Part shown: one piece after another, positions 1-15,928 of the stretch
How positions within the stretch are numbered: position 1 is the stretch's first letter
Layout of the letters: each line of letters opens with the position of its first letter
DNA from: the human T2T-CHM13v2.0 reference genome, Homo sapiens
Assembly: GCF_009914755.1 (NCBI RefSeq)
Contig: NC_060930.1
DNA: 64,000 nucleotides
Reading direction: 5' to 3' (one strand)
The notes under the pieces: generated by a model
The model's database searches: none
Seen by the model: only the letters and a program-made list of their open reading frames with translations
What the model was told of the DNA's origin: nothing
Translations under genes and position numbers: made by a program

Positions 1-191
1 CCATTGAAAAAAATCTGGACCTTGAAGTTTACATCTCTGACCCTTTAGTTATCTAAGCCAGAGCCACAGTTTGGCAGGCCAGCTGGTTGTGCAGACTCAC
101 AGGGTGCCACTGCCATCTGCTGTACCTACCAGGGGATGACAGCAACCCTCAGAGCAGAGATCCCAAATTAGATGTGACACTCCTTCCCCCA

Positions 192-480
192 TGAATTAGT
201 TAGCTAGGGATGCCATAAAAACATACCACAGACATAGTGGCTTAAACAACAGAAATTTGCTCTCCAAAATCTAGGTGTTAGAAACCTCAGGTTTGGTTTA
301 TCCTGAGGCCTCTGTCTTTGCCTTGTAGACGGCACTTTCTGTTGGATTAGGGCCCTATCCTTATGACCCCATTTAACCTTCATTACCTCTTCAAAGGGCC
401 AATTTCCAAATATAGTCAGGCATATTAGGAGTTAGGCCTTCAACATATGAATTTGAGGGGGATCACAATTCAGTCCACAT
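192..480 (-). mobile_element. MLT1A-like MaLR solo LTR, internally deleted
   Basis: Motifs ataccacagac..gtggcttaaacaacagaaattt, ttggattagggccc, atttaacctt.attacctcttcaaagg and caacatatgaatttgagggg. Confidence 0.75.
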
Positions 481-2019
481 CCAAATACACACACACGCAC
501 ACACACTCCACGTGTGTCCTGGACACTTGAAAATATCTGTGGGGCACAGATTGAGGATAGATGCAGCTCACTGGCCCATCAGATGCCTGTGGGTAAGAGG
601 CTTCAGGGCTGTATTGCTGCCAGGCCAGCTCCATACTCACTGCCACCAGGCAGGAATTCCCGCTCAAGATCTCCTGCTGTGGTGTGATCTGCCTCTAGAT
701 GAGTAGCTTCTCACCAGGATAAAAGCTGAGGTCCCTGCTCTAGAGGATGTGGCTTGACCTTAGAACCCTATTTGAGTGGGCCACCTTAACAACATACTTT
801 CATATATTTGTTCATGAAAAGGCAGTGATACATCTTGGGAGAAAAGGCTTTCTCCAGGAAAGCAGGCATCTCGCTGTGCTGTCTTTGTGGCAGGGCTCTC
901 TGCTGTCTCATCTGTCACCAGCCATGCAGAGCTTTCCTTATGGCCTCCCGTCTTCTATTCCCCTCTACTTGTTCTCTTTTACACTATTCTGTAAAGAAAG
1001 AAAATGTTTGGAGATTCCTGGTCGGGTGTGCCTTTTATTATAAATGTGGCTCTTCTGTCTCACTTCATCCTCGGTTTTTCCCCACTGCAGTTGGATGTCC
1101 ACTCACAGTGATAGAATCAGGAACTGTCCTCAGTGCTTTATTAGCACTGTTCGATGTGGCAATTAAAAGGAAGCCATGCAGCCACAGAAAATATTGCTAA
1201 TCCATGTTAGCAAAAAAAAAAAAAAAAAAAAAAATCATCATGACTTCTCAATTTTTATTACTTCTCAATTTTTATTATGTATTCTTGTAAATCACTGGCT
1301 TAATAGTTAAACTAAAACTAAATGTTGGTCCTCTAGCAAATGGGTTCATTTTACTAAGTAGTCATTTTCTTTGCTAAAAGAGATTCAATGTATTTGCAAA
1401 TGTTGTTTAATGATGAAATCATCTGGAGAGAGACATGGAATATCATTTAAAAAATAATATCCTAAGGGACTTATTTTGAAATCAATGCAGAAAAATGAAT
1501 TCAAGATGCTTAAACTTGGAGTTAGACACATGCACATTTACACCAACCAAGCACAAATGCATCAAAACCTGTCCTGAATTCCTCAAAATCAACTGGCCTT
1601 GGGATAAAAGTCACAATCAATTTATTGAATCTTTCATTTGAAAAGAAAACCACAGGAAATTATTCACTTCTCTGGGGCTAATAATTTTCTGTTATTTTTG
1701 TTTGATTTTTCTTCTAAAGCCTGCTGGCCTACACTTCTGTGTATTGAATTCCATTCTGTATGTTTTTATCATTTCTCCAGTTTGTCAGGATCATTGGATT
1801 TGAATGCAGTTCTTTGAGCACAATCGCGTACTCTCAACCATGGGGGAGGGTAGACATGGGAGCAGGGAAAACTATTTCCCCTTGAAAAAAATATTTGTTT
1901 CTTCCTGTCTATAAAGGAATGCAGAAAGCATAGACAATACAGATAAATAAAAAAAGGAAAATTAAAATAACCCCATAATTCTGAGTTCTGATACTCAGTT
2001 CAAATTTTGGTATATTATG

Positions 2020-2094
2020 TGCCTGCCTGCCTGCCTGCCTTCTTACCTTCCTTCCTTCCTTCCTTCCTCCCCTCTTCTTTTCTTCCTTTCTTCT

Positions 2095-2149
<55 letters not shown>

Positions 2150-2152
2150 ATC
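2020..2152. repeat. Compound STR (GCCT)n-(TCCT)n-(ATCT)n
   Basis: Directly visible tandem units, including about 10 consecutive ATCT. Confidence 0.95.
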
Positions 2153-5100
2153 TAACTGCATTCCTCCCATCTGATTGTTAGGGCCATATCATACATTCTG
2201 TTTGGTAGTCTGAGCTTTCTTTCACGTTTATAAATCACTCTTCAAACATAATCTAAGAGGAGACAATTAGAAGTTCAGAAAAGGTGCCAAGTTCTTGGGT
2301 GCCAGGTTGACAGGGAGAATTGTGAGAAGAATATGTTTATTTTACTTATCTGGCATCATACTGAAGCAATCAAGTAAAATGTAACATAATCTTAGTATCT
2401 TACTAATTTATCTTCTCTTTATAACATTTGTCTTATGAATTTGATGGTGACTGACTGAAAAAATTTTGTCCATATCTGCCAGTTTCCCACTAAACCAAAA
2501 CTTGGTATTTATTTTGTTATCTCTGAACAGGATCACAAAGCCTGAAGACCCAGGCTTTGCACGCCACTAATCTCTCACTATGCCTACAGAATCCTAGTGG
2601 GGCCAAGGTGAAAAAGGTGTCATCTTTCACCTTTCCTTCCCATTCCCCCCTCTGCCCAAAGCACAGAAGTTACTGCATTTATTTAATTTAATATCGATTT
2701 GTTCTGCTTATGATTTGTTTTGAACTATGAGTTGTACTGGGTTAAAAATGATGGAAACCTGCCTACTGCTCTATTTCAGCACTTTAATTTTATAGGCCCA
2801 GAAAGATTAAATGACTTGCCCAAAGCCACTAGCTCATTCATGACCTTCCGACATTCAAATACAGTACACACTGATTCACTCAGGATGGAAGAATAGTAGG
2901 AGACACCATCAAGATCCACCCCTGTCTTGTTCCCTGCTGTATCCTTAGCATCTACCAAATCCCCAACCTAGAAGAGGACTCAGGAAGTATTTGCAAAATA
3001 AATGAATGAATCAATTGGATCTCCACAAACATTCCTTGACCTTTATGGAAACTGCCAAGGAAATATGACATCTCCTCAGAATTCAATGTATTCAGAGTAA
3101 ATGAATAAGTAATTTGAATAAAGCACCTGTCATTTTCTAAACAAGAGTAAGAAAGACATGCTGCCATGTATAAAACTAAGTGATCAACACCTGAGACAGA
3201 TGCTACATGCGAATTTTCCTCCTGTCAATCAAATTCAAGTTCCTATTAGTGACCACAGCATTCTCCAACAGTGTTACATGTAATAATTTTCACATAATCT
3301 CCCCAGATTGGTGAGCAATGGTTTGTTTTTCAGCCTTCTATTAAATTGCTCCCTCTTGTGATCATCTAACAGAAAACACATAAGCTATATTTTTAAATTT
3401 GGATGTTCAGGTCAAAACTGAGTCTGATTCTTCAACATTCACTTCTTATTTTCTTTCTTTTCTAATAATATCGCCTCCATTATTCTATATTGCTTTTCAC
3501 TCATACACATACACACACACACATACTATGTTCATCGTTAAATAAATCTGATATTTCCAAGTCAAGAATATGAGGGGAAAGAAGCTGATTCATTCTCTCT
3601 CCTCTGTTAATTAAGAACAATCAGAGCTTTGTTTCTACAACACAATATAGAGGTAACACTATTCAGATAAGCAAAGGAGGGCCTTTAACTGGGGTGTAAC
3701 AAAAGAGGTATTTTTTATGCAAAGAATATTTCTGGCAGGGTAAGTTGAAGTTATCCAGCAGATGAAGAATACTGATGTTGTTTTAATAGCCTTAATAAGA
3801 AAGAAACCATGTGACTTGAAGGAGGAGAAAGTAGTGACATTTACAGAAATGAATAAACAAAAACCTTGATTTTGCTGACTCTGCTTCTTCCAGTGGTGCA
3901 GACCCCCACAGCCTACCAGCAGTGGGTGTCCTGGACTAGCTACCTCACCATCTCTCTCTACCTTCTCATGGATAATGGCATGAGAAAGAAAGCATTCAAG
4001 TAGCAGAAAAGTGGGGTGATTTTTGCAGCAGAATGTTGACATACACACTCACAAAATAAAATCACTGGGATTCTTTAGTCCCATCTCCAAACAACAAATG
4101 AGAGCAAGACAAAACGCTGGCACAGGAAAATGAAGTCTCTTTAAAAGCCCTCCAAATCAGAGACATGCTGAGAAGATGACATTCAAAGTTAGTCTCTTGA
4201 CGAATGATGCTGGCCGGTGCCCACTTCCTTATGCCCGGTTCTGCTTTAGTTTTAGAAGTGGCATCTCATAGAAACAGAAGGCTGTGTTCAGAGGTCTCCT
4301 TCTTAACAGCAGGAGGGCTAAGAAACACTAGATCTCTAAGGATGGCCACCAGGTTTGCGGAATGAAAACATCTGAGCAAAGCAGCCTACACCTAGCTACT
4401 GAAAGAGAGCCTTGGAAATAAGTGAGCTGGAGGCAAACCCTCAATCCTGTGTGACATTTAAATGAGGCTGCTCTGGCAGAAGATACTCACGGAGGCCTCC
4501 GCTATGACTGGTTGGCGTTGTGTGGCAGGGAGTGAAAGAGAAACAAACTTAAAGCTCACAGGAGGTGCGGTTTGTTTAAATAATAGAAAGTAATTAGGCT
4601 GAAGACAAAAATCAGTGATGGCATTTTATAATTACGATTAATTTAAAGTTTAATTTCCTTTGGTGCTAAAATCTTACTTAAAACATTTATCGGGAAAGGA
4701 AATTAGGACGTTACTATCAAGAGGCACAGAGTGCTTCTGGGAATCCATGCCTATTATCACTTGAAAATTAGGTTAGGGCCAAAGTGGGAATTTCAATTCA
4801 TTTTTGAGTATAATAAATGGTGACCAGACCTCAGAGTCAGTGGGGTTGGCAGGGGCAGGCAGTGTAACATTTGCATTTGCTTGTTTGTTTGTTTGTTTAT
4901 AGGATTAATTGCAAATGTTTTCAGCAAAGAGTGTAGTTTATACATTAACAATCCTGCTACAAAATGAAAATTGGATATGGATTGCTGCCTTTGTAACTAA
5001 TGAAGCTGATGTTGAATTCCCAAATGTGGCACTGCAAAGGGAAGCACACAGTCACACATCCATACACCTTCACCACTGAATTAAACGGAACAGGGGACAG

Positions 5101-5424
5101 TATTTCTGTTGGCTCCAAACCCGTCACCCCGACTGTCCTATCCAAGGCCCCAACTTTTTCATCATTCTGTTTTCCCATTCATGCCTCAGTTTCCAATTGC
5201 CATTTTCAGCAGCTAATCTTTCTGGAAACTCACTTAGTAAAATCAATGCATAATAGTAACAAGCAGATGGAAATAACTCCTTTACACTAATTTTTTTCAT
5301 TCATTATGCCTTTGTGGATTTGCTCATTTTAAATATTATATTGCTAACATTCATATGTGAACTAATCCCAGAAATATGGAATTGTGTATAATCATAAAGT
5401 TATGAACAATATTAGTGGTCACCT

Positions 5425-5560
5425 ACTGTAATCCCCCAATTTTACAGTTAAGGAAAGGGACACTCAAATTGACTTGCTCAAAGTTAAACAATCATTTAGA
5501 GGCAGAACTGGGAGCAGAACATCGCTGTCAAGATTCGAAGTATACTTTCCATGTCACTTC
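5425..5560 (-). mobile_element. MIR fragment
   Basis: Core-like ccccaattttacagttaaggaaa..tgacttgctcaaagtt..ggcagaactggga. Confidence 0.55.
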
Positions 5561-5584
5561 ACTGTGATACCTGAGAGAGATTCT

Positions 5585-5875
5585 TGTAACAAATAATTAT
5601 TGAGCAACTACTGGGTGGTAGGCTATTTATTGTCACTAGGGATAAAGCAGGGAACCAAACAGGTACCATCTTTGCCTTTATGGCGCCTACAATCCAGTGC
5701 ACAATTTACGAGAGAAAGAGAAATTACAGTAAATCTTGATGAAAGTTCAGACAAGGAAAGGGGATGGAGGTGCCATGGGAATGATTCCAAGAAGAACTCA
5801 TGCAGTTTAGAAGAGGGAAAGAAATTCTTCCCCGAAGACATGATGATTCAGCTGAAACCTAAGGGATAAATTAGA
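5585..5875 (-). mobile_element. L2 3' fragment
   Basis: aacaaataattattgagcaactact..., typical of the reverse complement of the L2 3' end. Confidence 0.5.
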
Positions 5876-7989
5876 GGACTATGTAGAACTTAACAAAGAC
5901 AGGCACGCCTTTTTTAAAAGGTACTACTTTTCGGATCCATATTGACCAAAGGTACACCGTAAGTCACACAGGAATGATCTTAAGTTCTTTTAATGAACTC
6001 GATATAGGAAATCTAGTTTCAGCTTTCCCAAATACCAATAAAAATGTTAGAGTAACCATGGGACATTCTCTTTCCTGAAATTGCTACTGTTGTTCTAAGA
6101 AGATGATTAATTTAGGCTCAGGAGTTTTGTGATTTTCATTTCTGGAGGCTGTAAAATGATACAAAGATTATGTTAGCAAAGATTACAAGGTAAAGAATAT
6201 TTCTCTAATAGGTAATTACAGCACGCATGTTTTATTTTTTTATTTCCCTAAATATGCATATGTTAATGTACCCAAAACCCTAATTAAAACTCCTGCATTT
6301 AAATGGGCTGTTGATTCTAAATATATTCTGGATGTCAGCTGAGAAGACATACCCAATCATGTCTAACGAGCTCACCTATAGCTTGTAATAACTGCTCCTT
6401 CCAATTTCATCTGAAAGACATGTCATATATAATTGAAAGCAATTCTAACAGGGGAGAACAAAACAAAGACTGGAAAATCTAATCCATCCAAATGGCATGG
6501 CACAAAGTGAGCCCAGGCACATTTAAGATGAAGTTGGCTTAGTTATTTCACCATAATCTTCATTACATGCTTCTCTACATTTACTGAAAGCATCAAAAGA
6601 TATCGGATTCATAATTTTCTGACTCTAGCTTTACAGTTTCTCCACCCTGTTAGTTCTCATCTCCCTCATCACCACTCCCTTCATCTGCCACCTTCATTCC
6701 CTTCATCGTGGATCACCTTCATTATGGTGGAAAGAGGCTTCTCTAAGATGCCCAGTTCTGAAATTTTCTGCCTGACCATAAACACCTATCTATTCTTTTT
6801 CCTTGTTCTACTGCCTCCCTCTTGGAAAAAGTTTTCTTCACCCTTATTTGGAAGCTTCCCTCCACCTGAACCTATGTTTTTCTCATGCTTTGGGTCTTCC
6901 TACTCATTATCTATCTCCAGAATTAGCAAAAGCAATGGTGTTCTCATTAGCATTCTTGATTTCCTTCCTTGCTTGCACATCACTTGTGCTTAGACTTTCA
7001 ACATCTGTGCCTGACGATGCCCAGATTCAATTTCTCCACTTCTAATCCTGGGTGGTTGCTCATTGCTGGAGAAAGTAACTAAACCCGACAGCAAATGTGT
7101 ACTTGCTACACTCAGCTGGGTGTTGTCTCCTGCTCAACCATGCTTCATTCTTCTGCATTTGACAAAGTGGCACTCTGGCCAGAGGACCTGTTCCACACCT
7201 TTCCAGGATCCTTAAACCAAGTACTGATACCTGAGAAAGTCAAATCTATCAAATAGAAACTTGATTTTCCCTCAAGAACCTCGACAAATCTCTGTACAGG
7301 CAATTATTCTTTTGTCTTCTTGCAACCCTGCCCAAATCTGAGAGGAACAGGTAAGCTTCTCCTCTACAAAGTAATCCATCCACCAAGCTTTGGCCTATCA
7401 TTCTGCCTGATCCAGGACACTGAGCTCTCACTGTCTTCATTCTTGACCATTCACTGGACAGTTCCTTTTGCCCACAAATGTGGCAAAGCCTCATAGACCA
7501 CAGACAAGGCCAGCCCCAAATTCTTTGTGTTCTTTCTGATAATATACAAGGCCATTTCCAAAAGGATTTGAAATATGGAAATTCAGTTCTATGTAATTTT
7601 TTAAACATTTAACTTATTTTTTTCTACAGTATGTCACACAGGCTGTTCCTGTTGCTTGTCCAATCACAGTTAATCAACTAAGTGGGCATCTGAAGGCTCT
7701 CCATAGACCTCCCTCTGGTCTCTTCAGCTTCCGTGGATGTCTTCTACACTTTTGTCACTCTATATAAAATTTTAGTAAATTCTAATACAAAGTTCTCTCT
7801 TTTGAGCCTTGTCTCCATCTACTCTCCTAGCCTTGGAAATGCTAATTATCTGAGTAAAGAGCCTAAATGTGCATTTTGAAGCATAATTCCAATCATTCCT
7901 TTTGTATAAATCCTTTTTGAAAAGAGAGGAGATCCCAATCCTACTCATAGTGTATTTTTAATATATATACCTCTACGTATTACACACAT

Positions 7990-8170
7990 ATGACACCTGA
8001 TTCTCTCAATAACCCTTCGAAGCTGAAATTGCTTGATTATCCTCACTTTACAGAGGAAGAAATTAAGGCTCAGAGCAATTGTGACCTGATTATAGGTCCA
8101 ATGATGGTAAGAAGTAAAGGCACAACCTGAGCACAGGTCTTCTGACTCCAAAGCCCCCCATCTTGATGCT
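7990..8170 (-). mobile_element. MIR
   Basis: attatcctcactttacagaggaagaaattaaggctcagag...caggtcttctgactccaaagccc. Confidence 0.7.
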
Positions 8171-9576
8171 ACCAAACAGATTCTACAACAATGTATCAAG
8201 TAGTGGCATTATGATATATCAAGTACTGGCATTATATTATTAAAAGACTACCTGATAACAAGATCCAGGTCTCAGCAGAAAACCATCATTTGTTTCTTAA
8301 AATCTCACCTAAGGCACTGCCCTCACTGAGAATTAGCAGATATGAACAAGAACAACAATACAAAATAGTTTATCAAGTGAACCTTATATTTCATTTTTTA
8401 TTAGGCCTTTAGAACCAAAAGCTTAAAGTGATTTTTCAGCTAACGATATACTTTATTTATTATGATACTATTATAGCTATTGCTTTTCACTTTCATTGTT
8501 TAGCACGTGTGAATGTGTTACCAAGCTTAAAATATTAAAGATCTGGGGGAGGAGCCAAGATGGCCGAACAGGAACAGCTCCGGTCTACAGCTCCCAGCGT
8601 GAGCGACGCAGAAGACAGGTGATTTCTGCATTTCCATCTGAGGTACCAGGTTCATCTCACTAGGGAGTGCCAGACAGTGGGCGCAGGTCAGTGGGTGCAG
8701 CGCACTGTGCGTGAGCCGAAGCAGGGCGAGGCATTGCCTCACTCGGGAAGCGCAAGGGATCAGGGAGTTCCCTTTCCTAGTCAAAGAAAGGGGTGACAGA
8801 CGGCACCTGGAAAATCGGATCACTCCCACCCGAATACTGCACTTTTTTAACGGGCTTAAAAAATGGCGCACCAGGAGATTATATGCTGCACCTGGCTCCG
8901 AGGGTCCTATGCCCACGGAGTCTCACTGATTGCTAGCACAGCAGTCTGAGATCAAACTGCAAGGCGGCAGCGAGGCTGGGGGAAGGGCGCCCGCCATTGC
9001 CCAGGCTTGCTTAGGTAAACAAAGCAGCCGGGAAGCTCGAACTGGGTGGAGCCCACCACAGCTCAAGGAGGCCTGCCTGCCTCTGTAGGCTCCACCTCTG
9101 GGGGCAGGGCACAGACAAAAAGACAGCAGTAACCTCTGCAGACTTAAATGTCCCTGTCTGACAGCTTTGAAGAGAGCAGTGGTTCTCCCAGCACGCAGCT
9201 GGAGATCTGAGAATGGGCAGAATGCCTCCTCAAGTGGGTCCCTGACCCCTGACCCCTGAGCAGCCTAACTGGGAGGCACCCCCCAGTAGGGGCAGACTGA
9301 CATCTCACACGGCCGGGTACTCCTCTGAGACAAAACTTCCAGAGGAACGATCAGACAGCGGCATTCGCGGTTCACAAAAAACCACTGTTCTGCAGACACC
9401 GCTGCTGACACCCAGGCAAACAGGGTCTGGAGTGGACCTCTAGCAAACTCCAACAGACCTGCAGCTGAGGGTCCTGTCTGTTAGAAGGAAAACTAACAAA
9501 CAGAAAGGACATCCACACCAAAAACCCATCTGTACATCACCATCATCAAAGACCAAAAGTACATAAAACCACAAAG

Positions 9577-10589
9577 ATGGGGAAAAAACAGAGCAGAAAA
9601 ACTGGAAACTCTAAAAAGCAGAGCATCTCTCCTCCTCCAAAGGATCGCAGTTCCTCACCAGCAATGGAACAAAGCTGGATGGAGAATGACTTTGACGAGT
9701 TGAGAGAAGAAGGCTTCAGATGATCAAACTACGAGCTACAGGAGGAAATTCAAACCAAAGGCAAAGAAGTTAAAAACATTGAAAAAAATTTAGACGAATG
9801 TATAACTAGAATAACCAATACAGAGAAGTGCTTAAAGGAGCTGATGGAGCTGAAAGCCAAGGCATGAGAACTACGTGAAGAATGCAGAAGCCTCAGGAGC
9901 TGATGCAATCAACTGGAAGAAAGGGTATCAGCGATGGAAGATGAAATGAATGAAATGAAGCAAGAAGGGAAGTTTAGAGAAAAAAGAATAAAAAGAAACG
10001 AACAAAGCCTCCAAGAAATATGGGACTATGTGAAAAGACTAAATCTACGTCTGATTGGTGTACCTGAAAGTGACGGGGAGAACGGAACCAAGTTGGAAAA
10101 CATTCTGCAGGATATTATCCAGGAGAACTTCTCCAATCTAGCAAGGCAGGCCAACGTTCAGATTCAGGAAATACAGAGAACACCACAAAGATACTCCTCG
10201 AGAAGAGCAACTCCAAGACATATAATTGTCAGATTCACCAAAGTTGAAATGAAGGAAAAAATGTTAAGGGCAGCCAGAGAGAAAGATCGGGTTACACACA
10301 AAGGGAAGCCCATCAGACTAACAGCGGATCTCTTGGCAGAAACTCTACAAGCCAGAAGAGAGTGAGGGCCAATATTCAACATACTTAAAGAAAAGATTTT
10401 TCAACCCAGAATTTCATATCCAGCCAAACTAAGCTTCATAAGTGAAGGAGAAATAAAATACTTTACAGACAAGCAAATGCTGAGAGATTTTGTCACCACC
10501 AGGCCTGCCTAAAAGAGCTCCTGAAGGAAACACTAAACATGGAAAGGCACAACCGGTACCAGCCACTGCAAAATCATGCCAAAATGTAA
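9577..10589 (+). pseudogene. L1 ORF1p, disrupted
   Basis: ATG GGG AAA AAA CAG start, premature TGA stops (e.g. 9721) and a frameshift. Track ORF 9934-10365 is an internal piece. Confidence 0.93.
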
Positions 10590-10637
10590 AGACCATCGAG
10601 ACTAGGAAGAAACTGCATCAACTAACGAGCAAGATAA

Positions 10638-14470
<3,833 letters not shown>

Positions 14471-15781
14471 ACAATGAGAACACATGGACACAGGAAGGGG
14501 AACATCACACTCTGAGGACTGTTGTGGGGTGGGGGGAGCGGGAAGGGATAGCATTGGGAGATATACCTAATGCTAGATGACAAGTTAGTGGGTGCAGCAC
14601 ACCAGCATGTCACATGTATACATGTCACTAACCTGCACATTGTGCACGTGTACCCTAAAACTTAAAGTATAATAATAAAAATAAACAAATAAATAAATAA
14701 AAATAAAATATTAAAGATTTGTTTCTGATACAAGTAAGAAGCAAACTGAAAAATAAGGCCCTAAAACCCTGAGAAAACATATTTGATGAACAAGTTTAGG
14801 AAGCGAAGCATCTGCGGTGATTTAGCTAATAAGTCTCATTTCATTCCATGTATGCTTCGCCTGCTCAAAGCCTTCTGTTGTATAACACTTTAGTGACCTT
14901 TCATGCAACAACAGGCTAAAGTACGTCTTCCTATAAAGGATTGCATTTTCCTTATCAGGAAAAAAAAAAAAAAAAAGCTCAGAGTCCCTCCAGGGATTTT
15001 AGCCCAGACTGAACACCTCAAGTTCACACAGTCAGCTTGAATTCCTGCCACCAACTAGAGCTTAGTGGAAGAAAAGTGATTCTTTTCAATTTGGCTTATG
15101 GTTGGGTATGTTTTACGTTCCTTTTGTATTACTGGAGCTAAGTACCCTTGGAATTCATACCTATGGAAATAATGGAAAGACGCTCTATTTTCATAGGCCC
15201 TGTTAATTTCCTTTAATATTTAGAAAATTCATTGAAAGACATCAAATACTTTAGTGTCTTTCAGTGAGTTATTCTAAATATTCAGGCTTAGCTTCCTATG
15301 AACTGCCTGTTAAATTTTCCCTTCATGGTTTTTTACAGCTCTGTCTCCAAAAGGGAGTATGTTGACTAGTGGCTTTGTCATTAATAACCAAGGGACAATT
15401 TTATATTACAATACCTCATTGCCAACATGTATTTAATAAAACAGTTTTAAGTTTGCTGAACTCAGTGTTCATGATTAAAAGGTTTAAATAAAAGAGAGGC
15501 TCACAACAGGAAATATATTGTCACAAAGAATATTTATTCAAAAACTTTTTTATCTTACTTGGTAATTTCTAAATTCCACTATCATTAATGTTACTAAATC
15601 ATAGTTATTAAATTGATATGGCACTTGACTAACTTAAAATAATTGCACCTACAATTATTACAGTACATCCACTGACCCTACCCATAGGTCAATAGATGTA
15701 AACATACCCACACTGCAGATAAGAAAATGAAGGCAAAAAGAAAATGCACTTGCAAAGAAAATGATAGCATTCCAAGTTGTC

Positions 15782-15928
15782 TTTTGGAGGTGATGGATAT
15801 GTTATTACCTTGATTGTGGTAAAGGTTTCACAGGTATGCACATGTCCAAACTTATCAAATTGCACACATTAAATATGTGCAGTGTTTTGCATATCAATTA
15901 TACCTCAGTATAGCTCTTAAAAAAAAAA
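15782..15928 (+). mobile_element. Old L1M 3' end
   Basis: ttttggaggtgatggatatgtt..cttgattgtggt..catatcaattatacctca plus an A tail. Confidence 0.75.

Noticed and set aside
109-123. Weak CTCF-like ACTGCCATCTGCTGT
   Set aside because: Too many departures from the core to call without ChIP data.
1212-1234. Isolated poly(A) runs here and at 14960 and 61701 as processed-pseudogene tails
   Set aside because: No TSD or recognisable retrocopy body upstream.
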